A DNA stretch of 63,171 nucleotides, counting the filler, from Octopus bimaculoides (taxonomy: Eukaryota), in assembly GCF_001194135.2 (NCBI RefSeq). It is 5 parts of 5 records of this genome, joined end to end, with 100 filler letters (N's around TTAATTAATTAA, not from the genome) between each part and the next. Parts side by side here need not be neighbours in the genome. Positions count along the whole stretch, not along the records: positions 1 to 18,621 come from NC_068994.1; 4 more parts are not named here. One strand, written 5' to 3'. Each line of letters starts with the position of its first letter. Position 1 is the stretch's first letter. The notes beneath the pieces are model-generated. The model was not told where the DNA came from. It worked only from the letters and a program-made list of their open reading frames with translations, and ran no database searches. The position numbers and the translations under genes were made by a program. Positions 1-11,411 of this stretch are shown in pieces.

Positions 1-394
1 TATATATATATATATATGAGTATATGTATATATATGTACATGTATGTACATACCTTCATCTACATGTACATATAGATACATATCTGGGTACATGACGTTG
101 CAAAAGAACATGGACAAAATGGTAAACAAGGTACAAAAAACAAGCAGGCCACATAGAGAAATATCCTTCATCAGCTGCCACCATTAAAACACCGGCGTTT
201 CGAAGAGTTAGGGCAGGACGCATCGTTAAAATGGCTCTTCCCACGAACACAAATTAATTCTTTTTTCGTGGAGGATAGTGGCGGACGGAAAACAAGACAG
301 GAAAACGAAACGTTGAAAAGAAACAAACCACAATAGCAACAACAATAATAAAGATAAGTTTACTCCATCTAATGATCTCTCATTTTTTTTTCAG

Positions 395-471
395 TTGGAA
401 AGAAAGACGTTGAACGGTTGAACAACCAGACAGTTAAAGAGTTAGAAGCGAGCATCTTTTACATGGCGGCG
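395..471 (+). CDS. Ferritin-family gene, internal exon encoding helix A (xGKKDVERLNNQTVKELEASIFYMAA)
   Basis: Strong acceptor CTCTCATTTTTTTTTCAG before 395 and donor GTAAGT at 472; 77 nt, phase 1 to 0. The peptide aligns to ferritin helix A (INLELYASYVYLSM) with the E27 and Y34 equivalents kept, and the 3' boundary matches the conserved ferritin exon 1/2 junction. Confidence 0.85.
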
Positions 472-1074
472 GTAAGTATCCAGCGAAATAATTATAATGT
501 CAATTCATAGGATGCACGCAGGAAAGAGAATCGAAATAATTACGTATTTATTCACCCTTGATACACTCTTGCTGGTTCGAACATAAATATCTGACCGTTA
601 CTGATTTTCACCATCGGGGAAACCTCTTTCCTTTAGGCGATGTGTGTATGTGCATAACACACATGATTCACTGATTCAGCAGCGTAAGATAACTTCGAGA
701 CATTACGGCGTTTCGGACTCGTTCTGTGACTCATCAGTTGCACCTATCTCCCGGATTATTGAACGTCACGAGAGCATGAACATTTGTTTATAATAATCAA
801 CACACAATTTATTTGTTGATGAGTGCAGCTGACTACCAAACAAGAATAATGAATGGAATGCACGCAGAACAATGAGAACTCAAACATTAATGCTTTTAAT
901 CATTCTTTTTAAGTTCTCGCAGTTTCGAACGTGAATATTTGATCGTTGTTTTTCACCATCGGAGAACACCTTCTTCCTTTAATTCATTGGTTCAACTGTG
1001 TAAATGTACTTCAAGACACCGCTGTGTATCGACCACGTCGTCTGTCTTCTCACCCACTTTAAACATACCCTTTA

Positions 1075-1470
1075 AACATACCCAAATCGGTTCACTTTCT
1101 AAGTAGCACTGCATCACTCTCCTGTTTTTTTCGCTGGTCCACTTCCTCATTCTTACTCTATTATCTGTTGATGCTGTCTTAGGATAACAGCTGTAGTCAG
1201 TGTGCATCTTTACTGAATCACTGCTGAGCGAGAAACCTTCCCTTAAAGGTCCAACCTCATTTTCGCAGCTACCACCAGAGTTTCTAGGTAAATTCTTGTC
1301 TCTCATAAACTGAGATAAAGTAACGTTCGTCACCATCGTCATCACCACTATTGTTTTTCGACGTCTGGTAGTTACAAGTAACCTTCTATTGCATCGTTTG
1401 CTGCACTTTCGTGCTGGTGAGGTGTGTGATGCGTTTGTTTTTCTTTGGGGCATCTTGTAAAGTATCAGTA
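1075..1470 (-). mobile_element. 5' fragment of an R4/Dong-clade non-LTR retrotransposon ORF
   Basis: ORF 992-1453(-) contains RMRKWTSEKNRRVMQCYLESEP, resembling the RKWT..EN..VM.CY..SEP motif at the start of R4/Dong/Rex6-type ORFs; truncated. Confidence 0.6.
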
Positions 1471-1526
1471 TGCTTTGCTGTGGTGTTTGGGTTGAGTTTT
1501 TTGTCCTGTTAGTTTTTGTATTTATT

Positions 1527-1750
1527 TGGCAGAAACGTTAGCACGCCGGGCGAAATGCTTAGCGGTATTTCGTCTGTCTTTATGTTCTGGGTTCAAATTC
1601 CGCCGAGGTCAACTTTGCCTTTCATCCTTTCAGGGTCGATAAATTAAGTACCAGTTGTGTACTGGAGTCGATCTAATCGACTGGCCCCCTCCCCAAATAT
1701 TTCGGGCCTCGTGCCTAGAGTAAAAAAAGATTATTATTATTATTATTGAG
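1527..1750 (+). mobile_element. SINE family A (Meta-domain-like core), with (TTA)n tail
   Basis: GTTCAAATTCC B-box-like motif followed by GCCTTTCATCCTTTC.GGGTCGATAAATTAAGTACCAG. Other copies: 10230-10459(+), 24232-24426(+), ~27728-27940(+), 38259-38491(-), 43280-43493(-), ~43985-44130(+), ~53965-54210(+), ~59165-59373(-). Confidence 0.85.
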
Positions 1751-1875
1751 TGAGAGAGCAGTGCATGCCATCAAAGTGACACTGGGGTAAAATATACAAA
1801 GCCCATTATACCCATCATGACTACCCGTCTGATAAGGGTACACCAGGCACATGCATCACAACCATATGTGCACCA
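1748..1875. repeat. Interspersed repeat family D (fragment)
   Basis: Reverse complement of 48160-48280; a longer related segment occurs at ~43510-43975 and ~47815-48285. Confidence 0.7.
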
Positions 1876-2264
1876 CACGNNNNNNNNNNNNNNNNNNNNN
1901 NNNNNNNNNNNNNNNNNNNNNNNNNNNNNNNNNNNNNNNNNNNNNNNNNNNNNNNNNNNNNNNNNNNNNNNNNNNNNNNNNNNNNNNNNNNNNNNNNNNN
2001 NNNNNNNNNNNNNNNNNNNNNNNNNNNNNNNNNNNNNNNNNNNNNNNNNNNNNNNNNNNNNNNNNNNNNNNNNNNNNNNNNNNNNNNNNNNNNNTATTAT
2101 ATTTTTTCTTTAGTTTTTGGGTCTTTGTAGGTTTGATACTCTTGTCAAATTTAAGGTTTTTCAAACATTCTATGTCAGATCTAAGCAGCTTAATTTGGTG
2201 TTGAATGCGTTCTTGCCAAGAAGGCTTTTTGTGGGAGTGTTGTCTTTTTCTAATCTTTTCACCA

Positions 2265-2316
<52 letters not shown>

Positions 2317-2500
2317 CTGACATCGTACATTACCCGTACATATCTTATTATTGATACAGAAGGATGAAAGCTGGTGTTGTCTTCAGCGAGATTTAAGCTC
2401 AAAAGTTGAAGGAACATAATTAAATACTTGATACTTCTGAAGTTTATAGATTTATCGCCTTTGCCTAATAATATCAACGAAAACTTTATATTAATTTCAG

Positions 2501-2647
2501 TTTCATTATTTCGAAAGAAGTGATATGGCTTTGCCTGGCGTTGCTAAATTCTTCCATAAAATGTCCTCTGAAGAGAAAGGTCACGCCGATAAACTGATGA
2601 CCTACATGAACATGAGGCAATCTCCACCTAAAACCCCATCTGTTACG
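2501..2647 (+). CDS. Ferritin-family gene, exon encoding helix B (FHYFERSDMALPGVAKFFHKMSSEEKGHADKLMTYMNMRQSPPKTPSVT)
   Basis: Acceptor TTAATTTCAG, donor GTAGGT at 2648; 147 nt = 49 codons, phase 0-0. It aligns without gaps to the 49-aa ferritin H exon 2 ([49 protein letters not shown]) with E61/E62/H65 equivalents. Later exons were not found and may lie in N gaps. Confidence 0.9.
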
Positions 2648-2867
2648 GTAGGTGCATTTATTGATTATTTTTTAAGATGCTGTTATTTTATTCTTTATTT
2701 CAATCAACTCTATATCCATTGTCTTGCACATATTATGTCAGCCTTGTAAAGCAGAAAGGGCAAAGGCAAAGTCGATCTCAGATTAAAGTATGTCACGAGG
2801 ATATAACGTGCGACAGGGTTTGTACAAAGCACTAATTCTGCAATCTCTCGCCGACACACACACACTC

Positions 2868-2980
<113 letters not shown>

Positions 2981-4500
2981 CAGGTACACACACACAAAAC
3001 GTATCCAAACGAGATGGACTGAATAGACTTTATTACATGTCACTACAATTGTTTCAATGCATCATTACCACCTGTTCCTTACTGAATGTTACATATATTA
3101 TGAAAAAAAAACCCAAAACATTTGGCTAATATCACTCAGTAATAGTAGCATATGCGCTTCTTCGGGTGAATACATTCAGAAGCTCTGTTAGATCACGATC
3201 AGATTCTCTATATTCTATACCTAGAGTGAAACATTGTTTTTAGCACACAACAGACAAAGAAAGGCAAACGACAAAAGCCAGTTGCACACTCATTCACCTT
3301 AAGCCACAAACTCGTCCTCACCAGCTGAAATTTTAGGAAAGATAAAATAGAATATTTAAGCATAAGAAGATCAATAAGAGATAAACATCATCAAAAAAGA
3401 GTTCTTGTTCACTTTTCCACTTCAAAGGAATCCCTGTAGCATCTGTTGCAAACCTTGGTATCGCGGCTCGTAACACGGAGGAAAGAAAAATCAATGAAAA
3501 TAGTGGGGCTTGGCCAGCCGCTATCAGTTTGTTTCGCTCACCGTCGAGACGTCGGGTGTTCTCTGACCCTGTACTACCACTTTCTTCTGCAAAATACGGA
3601 TAGCGGCGGCCCGTCGGAGAAACGAGCCCTAGGAGGAGNNNNNNNNNNNNNNNNNNNNNNNNNNNNNNNNNNNNNNNNNNNNNNNNNNNNNNNNNNNNNN
3701 NNNNNNNNNNNNNNNNNNNNNNNNNNNNNNNNNNNNNNNNNNNNNNNNNNNNNNNNNNNNNNNNNNNNNNNNNNNNNNNNNNNNNNNNNNNNNNNNNNNN
3801 NNNNNNNNNNNNNNNNNNNNNNNNNNNNNNNNNNNNNNNNNNNNNNNNNNNNNNNNNNNNNNNNNNNNNNNNNNNNNNNNNNNNNNNNNNNNNNNNNNNN
3901 NNNNNNNNNNNNNNNNNNNNNNNNNNNNNNNNNNNNNNNNNNNNNNNNNNNNNNNNNNNNNNNNNNNNNNNNNNNNNNNNNNNNNNNNNNNNNNNNNNNN
4001 NNNNNNNNNNNNNNNNNNNNNNNNNNNNNNNNNNNNNNNNNNNNNNNNNNNNNNNNNNNNNNNNNNNNNNNNNNNNNNNNNNNNNNNNNNNNNNNNNNNN
4101 NNNNNNNNNNNNNNNNNNNNNNNNNNNNNNNNNNNNNNNNNNNNNNNNNNNNNNNNNNNNNNNNNNNNNNNNNNNNNNNNNNNNNNNNNNNNNNNNNNNN
4201 NNNNNNNNNNNNNNNNNNNNNNNNNNNNNNNNNNNNNNNNNNNNNNNNNNNNNNNNNNNNNNNNNNNNNNNNNNNNNNNNNNNNNNNNNNNNNNNNNNNN
4301 NNNNNNNNNNNNNNNNNNNNNNNNNNNNNNNNNNNNNNNNNNNNNNNNNNNNNNNNNNNNNNNNNNNNNNNNNNATATATATATATATATATATAACGTG
4401 AAGTATATTTGCCACTTAAATGCGGCTGAACCCTAAGGGTGGATGTTACTGTTGCTTTTAGCCCCAGGAGAACACCTCCTCCAGCTGGCTATTGACACAC

Positions 4501-4568
4501 ATCTGTGTCCTGTCTGTATTTGCAAAGGGAAGTCATCCTTCCCATGCAAATACAGACAGGGCACAGAT
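4501..4568. repeat. 68-nt near-perfect inverted repeat
   Basis: ATCTGTGTCCTGTCTGTATTTGCA (4501-4524) pairs with TGCAAATACAGACAGGGCACAGAT (4545-4568) with one G:T; inner GGGAAG/CTTCCC stem and 5-nt loop. Confidence 0.9.
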
Positions 4569-4922
4569 ATTATATGCGTGAGTGTATGTATGTATGTATG
4601 TATGTATGTATGTATGTATGTATTCATGTGCGTATGAATGCCTGTATGTATATGCATTCATACGTTTGCGTAAAAACTTTGTTATATTACCTTTGAAGTA
4701 TTGCATGCATCTATACAACAGCATCAATGTGAAAACTTTATTTTTTTTTTGTCTAGACTTGCGAAGATTTAAAAACTAGCCTTAAGTCAGTAAGTATTTA
4801 AACTGTGTTCTTTTGTGTTCTTTGTGTGTACAGTATCGTGTATAATTATGTTTTGAACTGCATGCAATAGTTTCCATTCTCTACGTGCAGTGTTGTATAC
4901 GGTGCCTTTATAATGAAGTATT

Positions 4923-4972
<50 letters not shown>

Positions 4973-5649
4973 NNNNNNNNNNNNNNNNNNNNNNNNNNNN
5001 NNNNNNNNNNNNNNNNNNNNNNNNNNNNNNNNNNNNNNNNNNNNNNNNNNNNNNNNNNNNNNNNNNNNNNNNNNNNNNNNNNNNNNNNNNNNNNNNNNNN
5101 NNNNNNNNNNNNNNNNNNNNNNNNNNNNNNNNNNNNNNNNNNNNNNNNNNNNNNNNNNNNNNNNNNNNNNNNNNNNNNNNNNNNNNNNNNNNNNNNNNNN
5201 NNNNNNNNNNNNNNNNNNNNNNNNNNNNNNNNNNNNNNNNNNNNNNNNNNNNNNNNNNNNNNNNNNNNNNNNNNNNNNNNNNNNNNNNNNNNNNNNNNNN
5301 NNNNNNNNNNNNNNNNNNNNNNNNNNNNNNNNNNNNNNNNNNNNNNNNNNNNNNNNNNNNNNNNNNNNNNNNNNNNNNNNNNNNNNNNNNNNNNNNNNNN
5401 NNNNNNNNNNNNNNNNNNNNNNNNNNNNNNNNNNNNNNNNNNNNNNNNNNNNNNNNNNNNNNNNNNNNNNNNNNNNNNNNNNNNNNNNNNNNNNNNNNNN
5501 NNNNNNNNNNNNNNNNNNNNNNNNNNNNNNNNNNNNNNNNNNNNNNNNNNNNNNNNNNNNNNNNNNNNNNNNNNNNNNNNNNNNNNNNNNNNNNNNNNNN
5601 NNNNNNNNNNNNNNNNNNNNNNNNNNNNNNNNNNNNNNNNNATATATAT

Positions 5650-5935
5650 ACCGAATTATATATACCGCTGAAACTTTCAGAGATCGTTGGCCTCGTGACT
5701 GGCCCGAACTGATTAGATCTTGGGATCGATCCGGTACCGGACAAGGATTCTGGATTATTTTTCCGTTTTTTTTTCACTTAATTTTTGAGGGCAGTCGCGT
5801 TCATTTTTTGTATTTTCTTTTGTGAGAGTAGTCGAGTTTATTTCAGACATTTTCATTTAAAAAATCATCTCTGGTTAATCGTTGAGAAGACGTTGGTGTT
5901 GCCTTGGCGGAGGTTTACGCTCTCTGAGTGCTCTT
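5650..5935 (+). mobile_element. Probable Helentron/HINE-type non-autonomous element fragment
   Basis: Ends with GCCTTGGCGGAGGTTTACGCTCTCTGAGTGCTCT, which resembles HINE/DINE-type termini; body has GATTAGATCTTGGGATCGATCCGG...GGATTCTGGATTATTTT. Recognised from memory only. Confidence 0.45.
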
Positions 5936-6136
5936 GTTGTTCATGTTATCTTGTAGGCAAAGTTGAATAAGAGGTTTAAGGCATCCAAGAACTATAAAAG
6001 TATAACTCTACTACTGCTTTTCTAAGAATTGCTGTTGTTGTTGATACTATTGCTGCTGTTGCCCCTGTCGCCGCTGCTGCTGCTGGTATTGTTGGCATTG
6101 TTGCAACAATTTCTTTTCCTCAACAGACCCTGCCCT

Positions 6137-6390
6137 GTTTAACATTGTTTGAAAACAGATCAAAGAGATAAAGGATCTCATCACCTTTAAATCGAGTCTG
6201 GGCAAAATTCTTCAAGGAATACCAGATAAGCCACCGATACCATGATACAACTCACTCAACAAGAACTCCCTACTCGGATTGGCCATGATACCACAAAACT
6301 TAACTAAAAATGGATTTAGCTAATCCTATCATCTGATATTAATTTAGACACGGCCTGGACCCACCTTTGATCGAAACATATCTAAGTTAT
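6137..6390 (+). mobile_element. 3' end of a CR1/Jockey-group LINE
   Basis: Translates to ...LFNIV*KQIKEIKDLITFKSSLGKILQGIPDKPPIP*YNSLNKNSLL, resembling C-termini of the FK..LD.FL..IPD.P...Y....NSLL type, followed by a 3' UTR and simple-repeat tail. Confidence 0.55.
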
Positions 6391-6534
6391 CTATACAGAC
6401 ACACACACACACACATATCTATACATATATCCATNNNNNNNNNNNNNNNNNNNNNNNNNNNNNNNNNNNNNNNNNNNNNNNNNNNNNNNNNNNNNNNNNN
6501 NNNNNNNNNNNNNNNNNNNNNNNNNNNNNNNNNN

Positions 6535-6565
<31 letters not shown>

Positions 6566-8375
6566 GTATATATATATATACACGTATATGCATATAAGCA
6601 TACATACGTGCGTGCATTTGTGTATGTTTGTATGTATGCATGTATGCATATGATATGATGTGATGTTTGATTCTAATCACTAGACCTCGTACACCTGACC
6701 CCGTCTCACAAATTCCTTACAATTTCATACTGCAATAAAACAGCGATTATACTCTATGACCATATACTCAGAAACTCTATCCCAGCTTTACTCGTCCCCT
6801 AAAACAAAAGGGCCTAAGCAAACGAATGCAAAAGAAAGTATACCATCAAAAGGAAACGATTTTACTATACTATTTAAGTTAAATAAATTCATTGTTTTTC
6901 TTTTCCAAAACAACAACGAAGACCCAACGCTTGTCGATGGTTTGTAAAATTTATAGAACAACAATGAAAGTTTTTAATAAAAAAACTTTAAAAACACACT
7001 CTTGCTTTCGTCTTCTTTCTATTATGTTTTGTTAGCCTTTATCTCTTTTCTCTTTATCTCACTTTAGACTTGATCCTTTACAAGAAGAAATAGTTTTCCT
7101 NNNNNNNNNNNNNNNNNNNNNNNNNNNNNNNNNNNNNNNNNNNNNNNNNNNNNNNNNNNNNNNNNNNNNNNNNNNNNNNNNNNNNNNNNNNNNNNNNNNN
7201 NNNNNNNNNNNNNNNNNNNNNNNNNNNNNNNNNNNNNNNNNNNNNNNNNNNNNNNNNNNNNNNNNNNNNNNNNNNNNNNNNNNNNNNNNNNNNNNNNNNN
7301 NNNNNNNNNNNNNNNNNNNNNNNNNNNNNNNNNNNNNNNNNNNNNNNNNNNNNNNNNNNNNNNNNNNNNNNNNNNNNNNNNNNCTACCACTCACGGTTCG
7401 TAGTCTTGCGCGAATTGTATGGCGACTAAAACTCGTGCTGGTGGCGCGAAAGAAAAAGCAAAAAGTGCCCACTACATGCTGTGAAATGGTTAGCGTTAGG
7501 AAGGGTATCGAGCTGAAGAGAACATAGCAAAGTAGAAACTGGAGTATGATGCAATCCATTTGGATCATCGGATCCTGTCAACTCTTCTCAGCATGGAACG
7601 CAGACGTTAAATGCTTCTGCTGTTGTTGCTGCTACTGCTGACGATGATGATATACGAAACAAAGTCTCCATTAACTTTATAAACACTCTATACAAGTTTA
7701 ACCCATTCAAGAAATAGAATCTCAGTGTAGGACAATTCCGAAACAATGAAAATCAAAAGATACAAAACGTTCTGTGAGAAACACATATAAATAAACATTT
7801 ATGTCAAACATACAGTAGCGGCCCTAATATAAAGGTCAGTATGAGTAAGTGTGTTGAAATATTTATCATAGAAATTAACAAAACGTTGAGATAAGGTATT
7901 TTACACATATTTGGATATATCTAATATCTACCTTTCGTTAGTAGAGTGGTATTAAGCTGCTTGAATGGAATTGATTGAGTAGAGTTAGCAGAGTAACTGG
8001 ATTGAGTGAAGTGGCATGAATGAAGTGGAGTATAGTAGAGTTTGTGGATAGAGTGAATGAGAGGGAGAGAGAGAATTCCTCACTTTCGAAATAGTAGTTA
8101 TATCTTAGGACGGTCGTTATACCAATAAGCATACGCACTGGCTTCAAGTTTCCTCCTACGCCTTGTGAGTGGATTTGATAAACAAAAACTAAAAAAAAGT
8201 GGGATTAAGCTGTTAGTCAAGCATTATATTCATCAAAAGTTGATTTCGGTTTTTTAAAATTCCGAAGCTGTTATAATTGTTATAACTGTTATGGGGACGT
8301 AAACACACAAACACCGGTTGTCAAGCGACAGTGTGGAGACAAACACAGACACAAAGACACACACACACACACACA

Positions 8376-8528
8376 CAGTGTGTTTGTGAAGTAACGCAAC
8401 ACACTAGAGTTCTCTCCCATCGATCTCCCATTGATCTCTCCATTAAGATTCTTTCGATTAAGAACGCCAATGGGAGGAGATCGATGGGAGAGAACTCTAG
8501 TGTGTTGCTTTACTTTACAAACACCCTG
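8376..8528. mobile_element. Palindromic MITE with Tc1/mariner-like CAG(G/T)GTG ends
   Basis: About 50-bp arms: GTGTTTGTGAAGTAACGCAACACACTAGAGTTCTCTCCCATCGATCTCC versus its reverse complement at ~8474-8524; short spacer. Confidence 0.7.
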
Positions 8529-10229
8529 CAAAGTAGGTTGGTGACCAGAAAAGTGTCCAACCCCAATTAACTGCCATTCTAAGCCAAGCGAATTTGAAAA
8601 AGACGACGTTAAATAGAATCAACATCGTCTGCTGGAGATACTTCAAGGGAGGCAACTCTTTTGGCCTCAAGTGCATGGTATGTTAATAGCAATGTAGAAA
8701 AGAGATTCTATGAAGATAGGAATTGTCTGATGTTCTCTAGACATGATGAGTGTTCGTTTGGAAATTCATAATCCCACTTTTAGAATGCCCCCACCCTATA
8801 CAGACGTGTGATTATGTATATGTATGTTTGGTCCTTCCCATTCTGACGGAAGAACATGATGTATGCATGTATATGTACATATATGTATGTGTGTGTGTGT
8901 GTGTGTGTGCGTGTGCGTGTGCGTGTGTATACACACATTTTTATGTGTAAATATATATATATTATTATTAAAATAGTAAGAAGTTTGAAGGAATACACTT
9001 ACTATGCTAAGTATGTAGAAGATAATTTTTAAAATAGCCTAAAGTAATCTCCCTTGTAGATCACACGCCAAAGTAGCACCTATTTATGTGTATGTGTGTG
9101 CGTGTGTGTGTGTATGTATATATATATGTATATATATGTATATGTATATTTATGTGTGTGTTTATATATATATATATATATATACTTGTCATAGAGCTGC
9201 CCTTCGGGCGGCATTCCGGCTAGCTCCTGCGGAGGGCACTTTTGAGGGCTTTGGCCCCATTATCGGGTCGGAAAGCGGCCCTCTACGCTTGCGTAGTGTA
9301 ATGGACTCGGACACAGTATACGTATCTCCTGGTATTAATCATGCGATACCCTATTTTATACTCCCTGCCCAACATATATGCTTTACTACTTAAGGAACTG
9401 ATTCGCTTGAATCCTAAAATCTACATACATAGGAGGTGGTATGAAAAAGTTCCCGGACTAGTTCAGTATGTCACCAACAGATAGCAGCACACAGTTGCAC
9501 GTAGAGTGAGACCGAGCAGCGACATGCATGAGACAGTGTACCGAGTGACATCGCAAGTTGTGAAATTTGTGTTCTTGCGATGTCACATATACGCTGTCGT
9601 CTGCGTTTTTGTCATGGACAGGAAAGGTGGAAGAAAGAGCCAGCGTGAAATTTTGCGTTCAACTCGGAAAGTCTGCTACAGAGACATTGAGCGTGATTAG
9701 GCAAGCTAACGGCAACGAAGCAAAGGCGTCCTATGCAATGTCTAGAGTGGCACGGGCGTATAACAGGGTCACAGCTCAATCAAAAACTTGCTCATTGTTT
9801 TTTTGACATCCGCGATCCTCGGTATCGTGCATGATGAATTCGATCCCCCAGGGCCAGACCATCAATTGAGAGTTCTACTGTGACATTTTGAAATGTTTAA
9901 GGGAAGGAGGACGTTCAGCTAGAGCAACTTGATTTGTGGAGCGCGAAGAATTGGGTTCTTCGCGACAAGAAGACACCCTGTCACCGAGCTCCCGCCAGTT
10001 TCTCACCAAAGACAACATGGTATCACTTCCGCAACCACCCTATTTGCCAGATTTAGCATGTGCAGGCTTCAATCTCTTTTCCAGGACGAAAATAAAGCTC
10101 AGAGGTCGCTGATTTAACACCATTGTCGAGGCTGGATTCCAAAAGTGGCAGGAACGCTAGGACTGGATAAATTCCTGCGCAAGTTGACTATTTCAAAGGA
10201 GATTATGTTGAAACTTAGGTAAACAAGCT

Positions 10230-10459
10230 AGGCGAGCTGGCAGAAACGTTAGCGCGCCAGGCGAAATGCTTAACGGTATTTCGTCTGCCGCTACGTTCTG
10301 AGTTCAAATTCCGCCGAGGTCGACTTTGCCTTTCATCCTTTCGGGGTCGATAAATTAAGTAACATTTACGCACTGGGGTCGATGTAATCGACTTAATCCC
10401 TATGTCTGTCCTTGTTTGTCCACTCTATGTTTAGCCCCTTGTGGGCAATAAAGAAATAA
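10230..10459 (+). mobile_element. SINE family A inserted in the mariner, with ~20-bp TSD
   Basis: Flanking direct repeats GAAACTTAGGTAAA(C/T)AAGCT at 10210-10229 and 10460-10479. Confidence 0.9.
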
Positions 10460-10490
10460 GAAACTTAGGTAAATAAGCTGCTATTTTTTA

Positions 10491-10727
10491 TTAACCTTGT
10501 AGTATTCAAACATGCCATACCCTAACCAAATATTCTACCTTTTGTTTATGTTCAAACTGGCCATATCTGGCTCCACACTTTTAATTTACGATGTCATTCT
10601 AAAAATATACAATCACATCATCAATATTTCATCATCAAAAGTAAGAGATAAGGCATGATTTAACAAAAGACATTGTGAATTAATAGGCAATACTCTTGAC
10701 AGAGCAATTTGAAGGCTAAAGGGTCAA
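10491..10727. mobile_element. piggyBac-like MITE
   Basis: Ends TTAACCTTGTAG ... CTAAAGGGTCAA, a degenerate form of TTAA|CCCTTTAG...CTAAAGGG|TTAA. Confidence 0.55.
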
Positions 10728-11411
10728 ACATAACTAGTCCGGGAACTTGTTGATACCACCTCATTTATATATATATGTATATATAGATGTATATATATAN
10801 NNNNNNNNNNNNNNNNNNNNNNNNNNNNNNNNNNNNNNNNNNNNNNNNNNNNNNNNNNNNNNNNNNNNNNNNNNNNNNNNNNNNNNNNNNNNNNNNNNNN
10901 NNNNNNNNNNNNNNNNNNNNNNNNNNNNNNNNNNNNNNNNNNNNNNNNNNNNNNNNNNNNNNNNNNNNNNNNNNNNNNNNNNNNNNNNNNNNNNNNNNNN
11001 NNNNNNNNNNNNNNNNNNNNNNNNNNNNNNNNNNNNNNNNNNNNNNNNNNNNNNNNNNNNNNNNNNNNNNNNNNNNNNNNNNNNNNNNNNNNNNNNNNNN
11101 NNNNNNNNNNNNNNNNNNNNNNNNNNNNNNNNNNNNNNNNNNNNNNNNNNNNNNNNNNNNNNNNNNNNNNNNNNNNNNNNNNNNNNNNNNNNNNNNNNNN
11201 NNNNNNNNNNNNNNNNNNNNNNNNNNNNNNNNNNNNNNNNNNNNNNNNNNNNNNNNNNNNNNNNNNNNNNNNNNNNNNNNNNNNNNNNNNNNNNNNNNNN
11301 NNNNNNNNNNNNNNNNNNNNNNNNTATATATATTTTTAAACCAAAAATTAGGCAAAAATATTGTATCTGTTAACGAACGTAGCAAAATACTCACAAGTGA
11401 GTTTTTGTATT

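Larger units (their letters stand above)
9432..10762 (+). mobile_element. Internally deleted mariner transposon with nested SINE and piggyBac-like MITE
   Basis: TIRs GAGGTGGTATGAAAAAGTTCCCGGACTAG (9433-9461) and CTAGTCCGGGAACTTGTTGATACCACCTC (10734-10762); degenerate transposase (KFCVQLGKSATET; ...PDLA..DF) homologous to 33355-33807 and 62038-62930. Confidence 0.85.

Noticed and set aside
3333-3638. GC-richer segment with open frames before the gap
   Set aside because: No recognisable ferritin or transposon motif and no clean splice boundaries; truncated by the gap.
7630-7670. CTGACGA...CGAAAC hammerhead-like core
   Set aside because: There is no G10.1-C11.1 pair or stem II; it lies in a (GAT/GCT)n retroposon tail.
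9194-9330. RNase MRP/P, HDV-like or twister assignment for the GC-rich island
   Set aside because: The required conserved cores (GAAAGUCCCC P4; L3 plus P1.1; twister pseudoknots) could not be fitted on either strand. It is kept only as an unexplained structured island.
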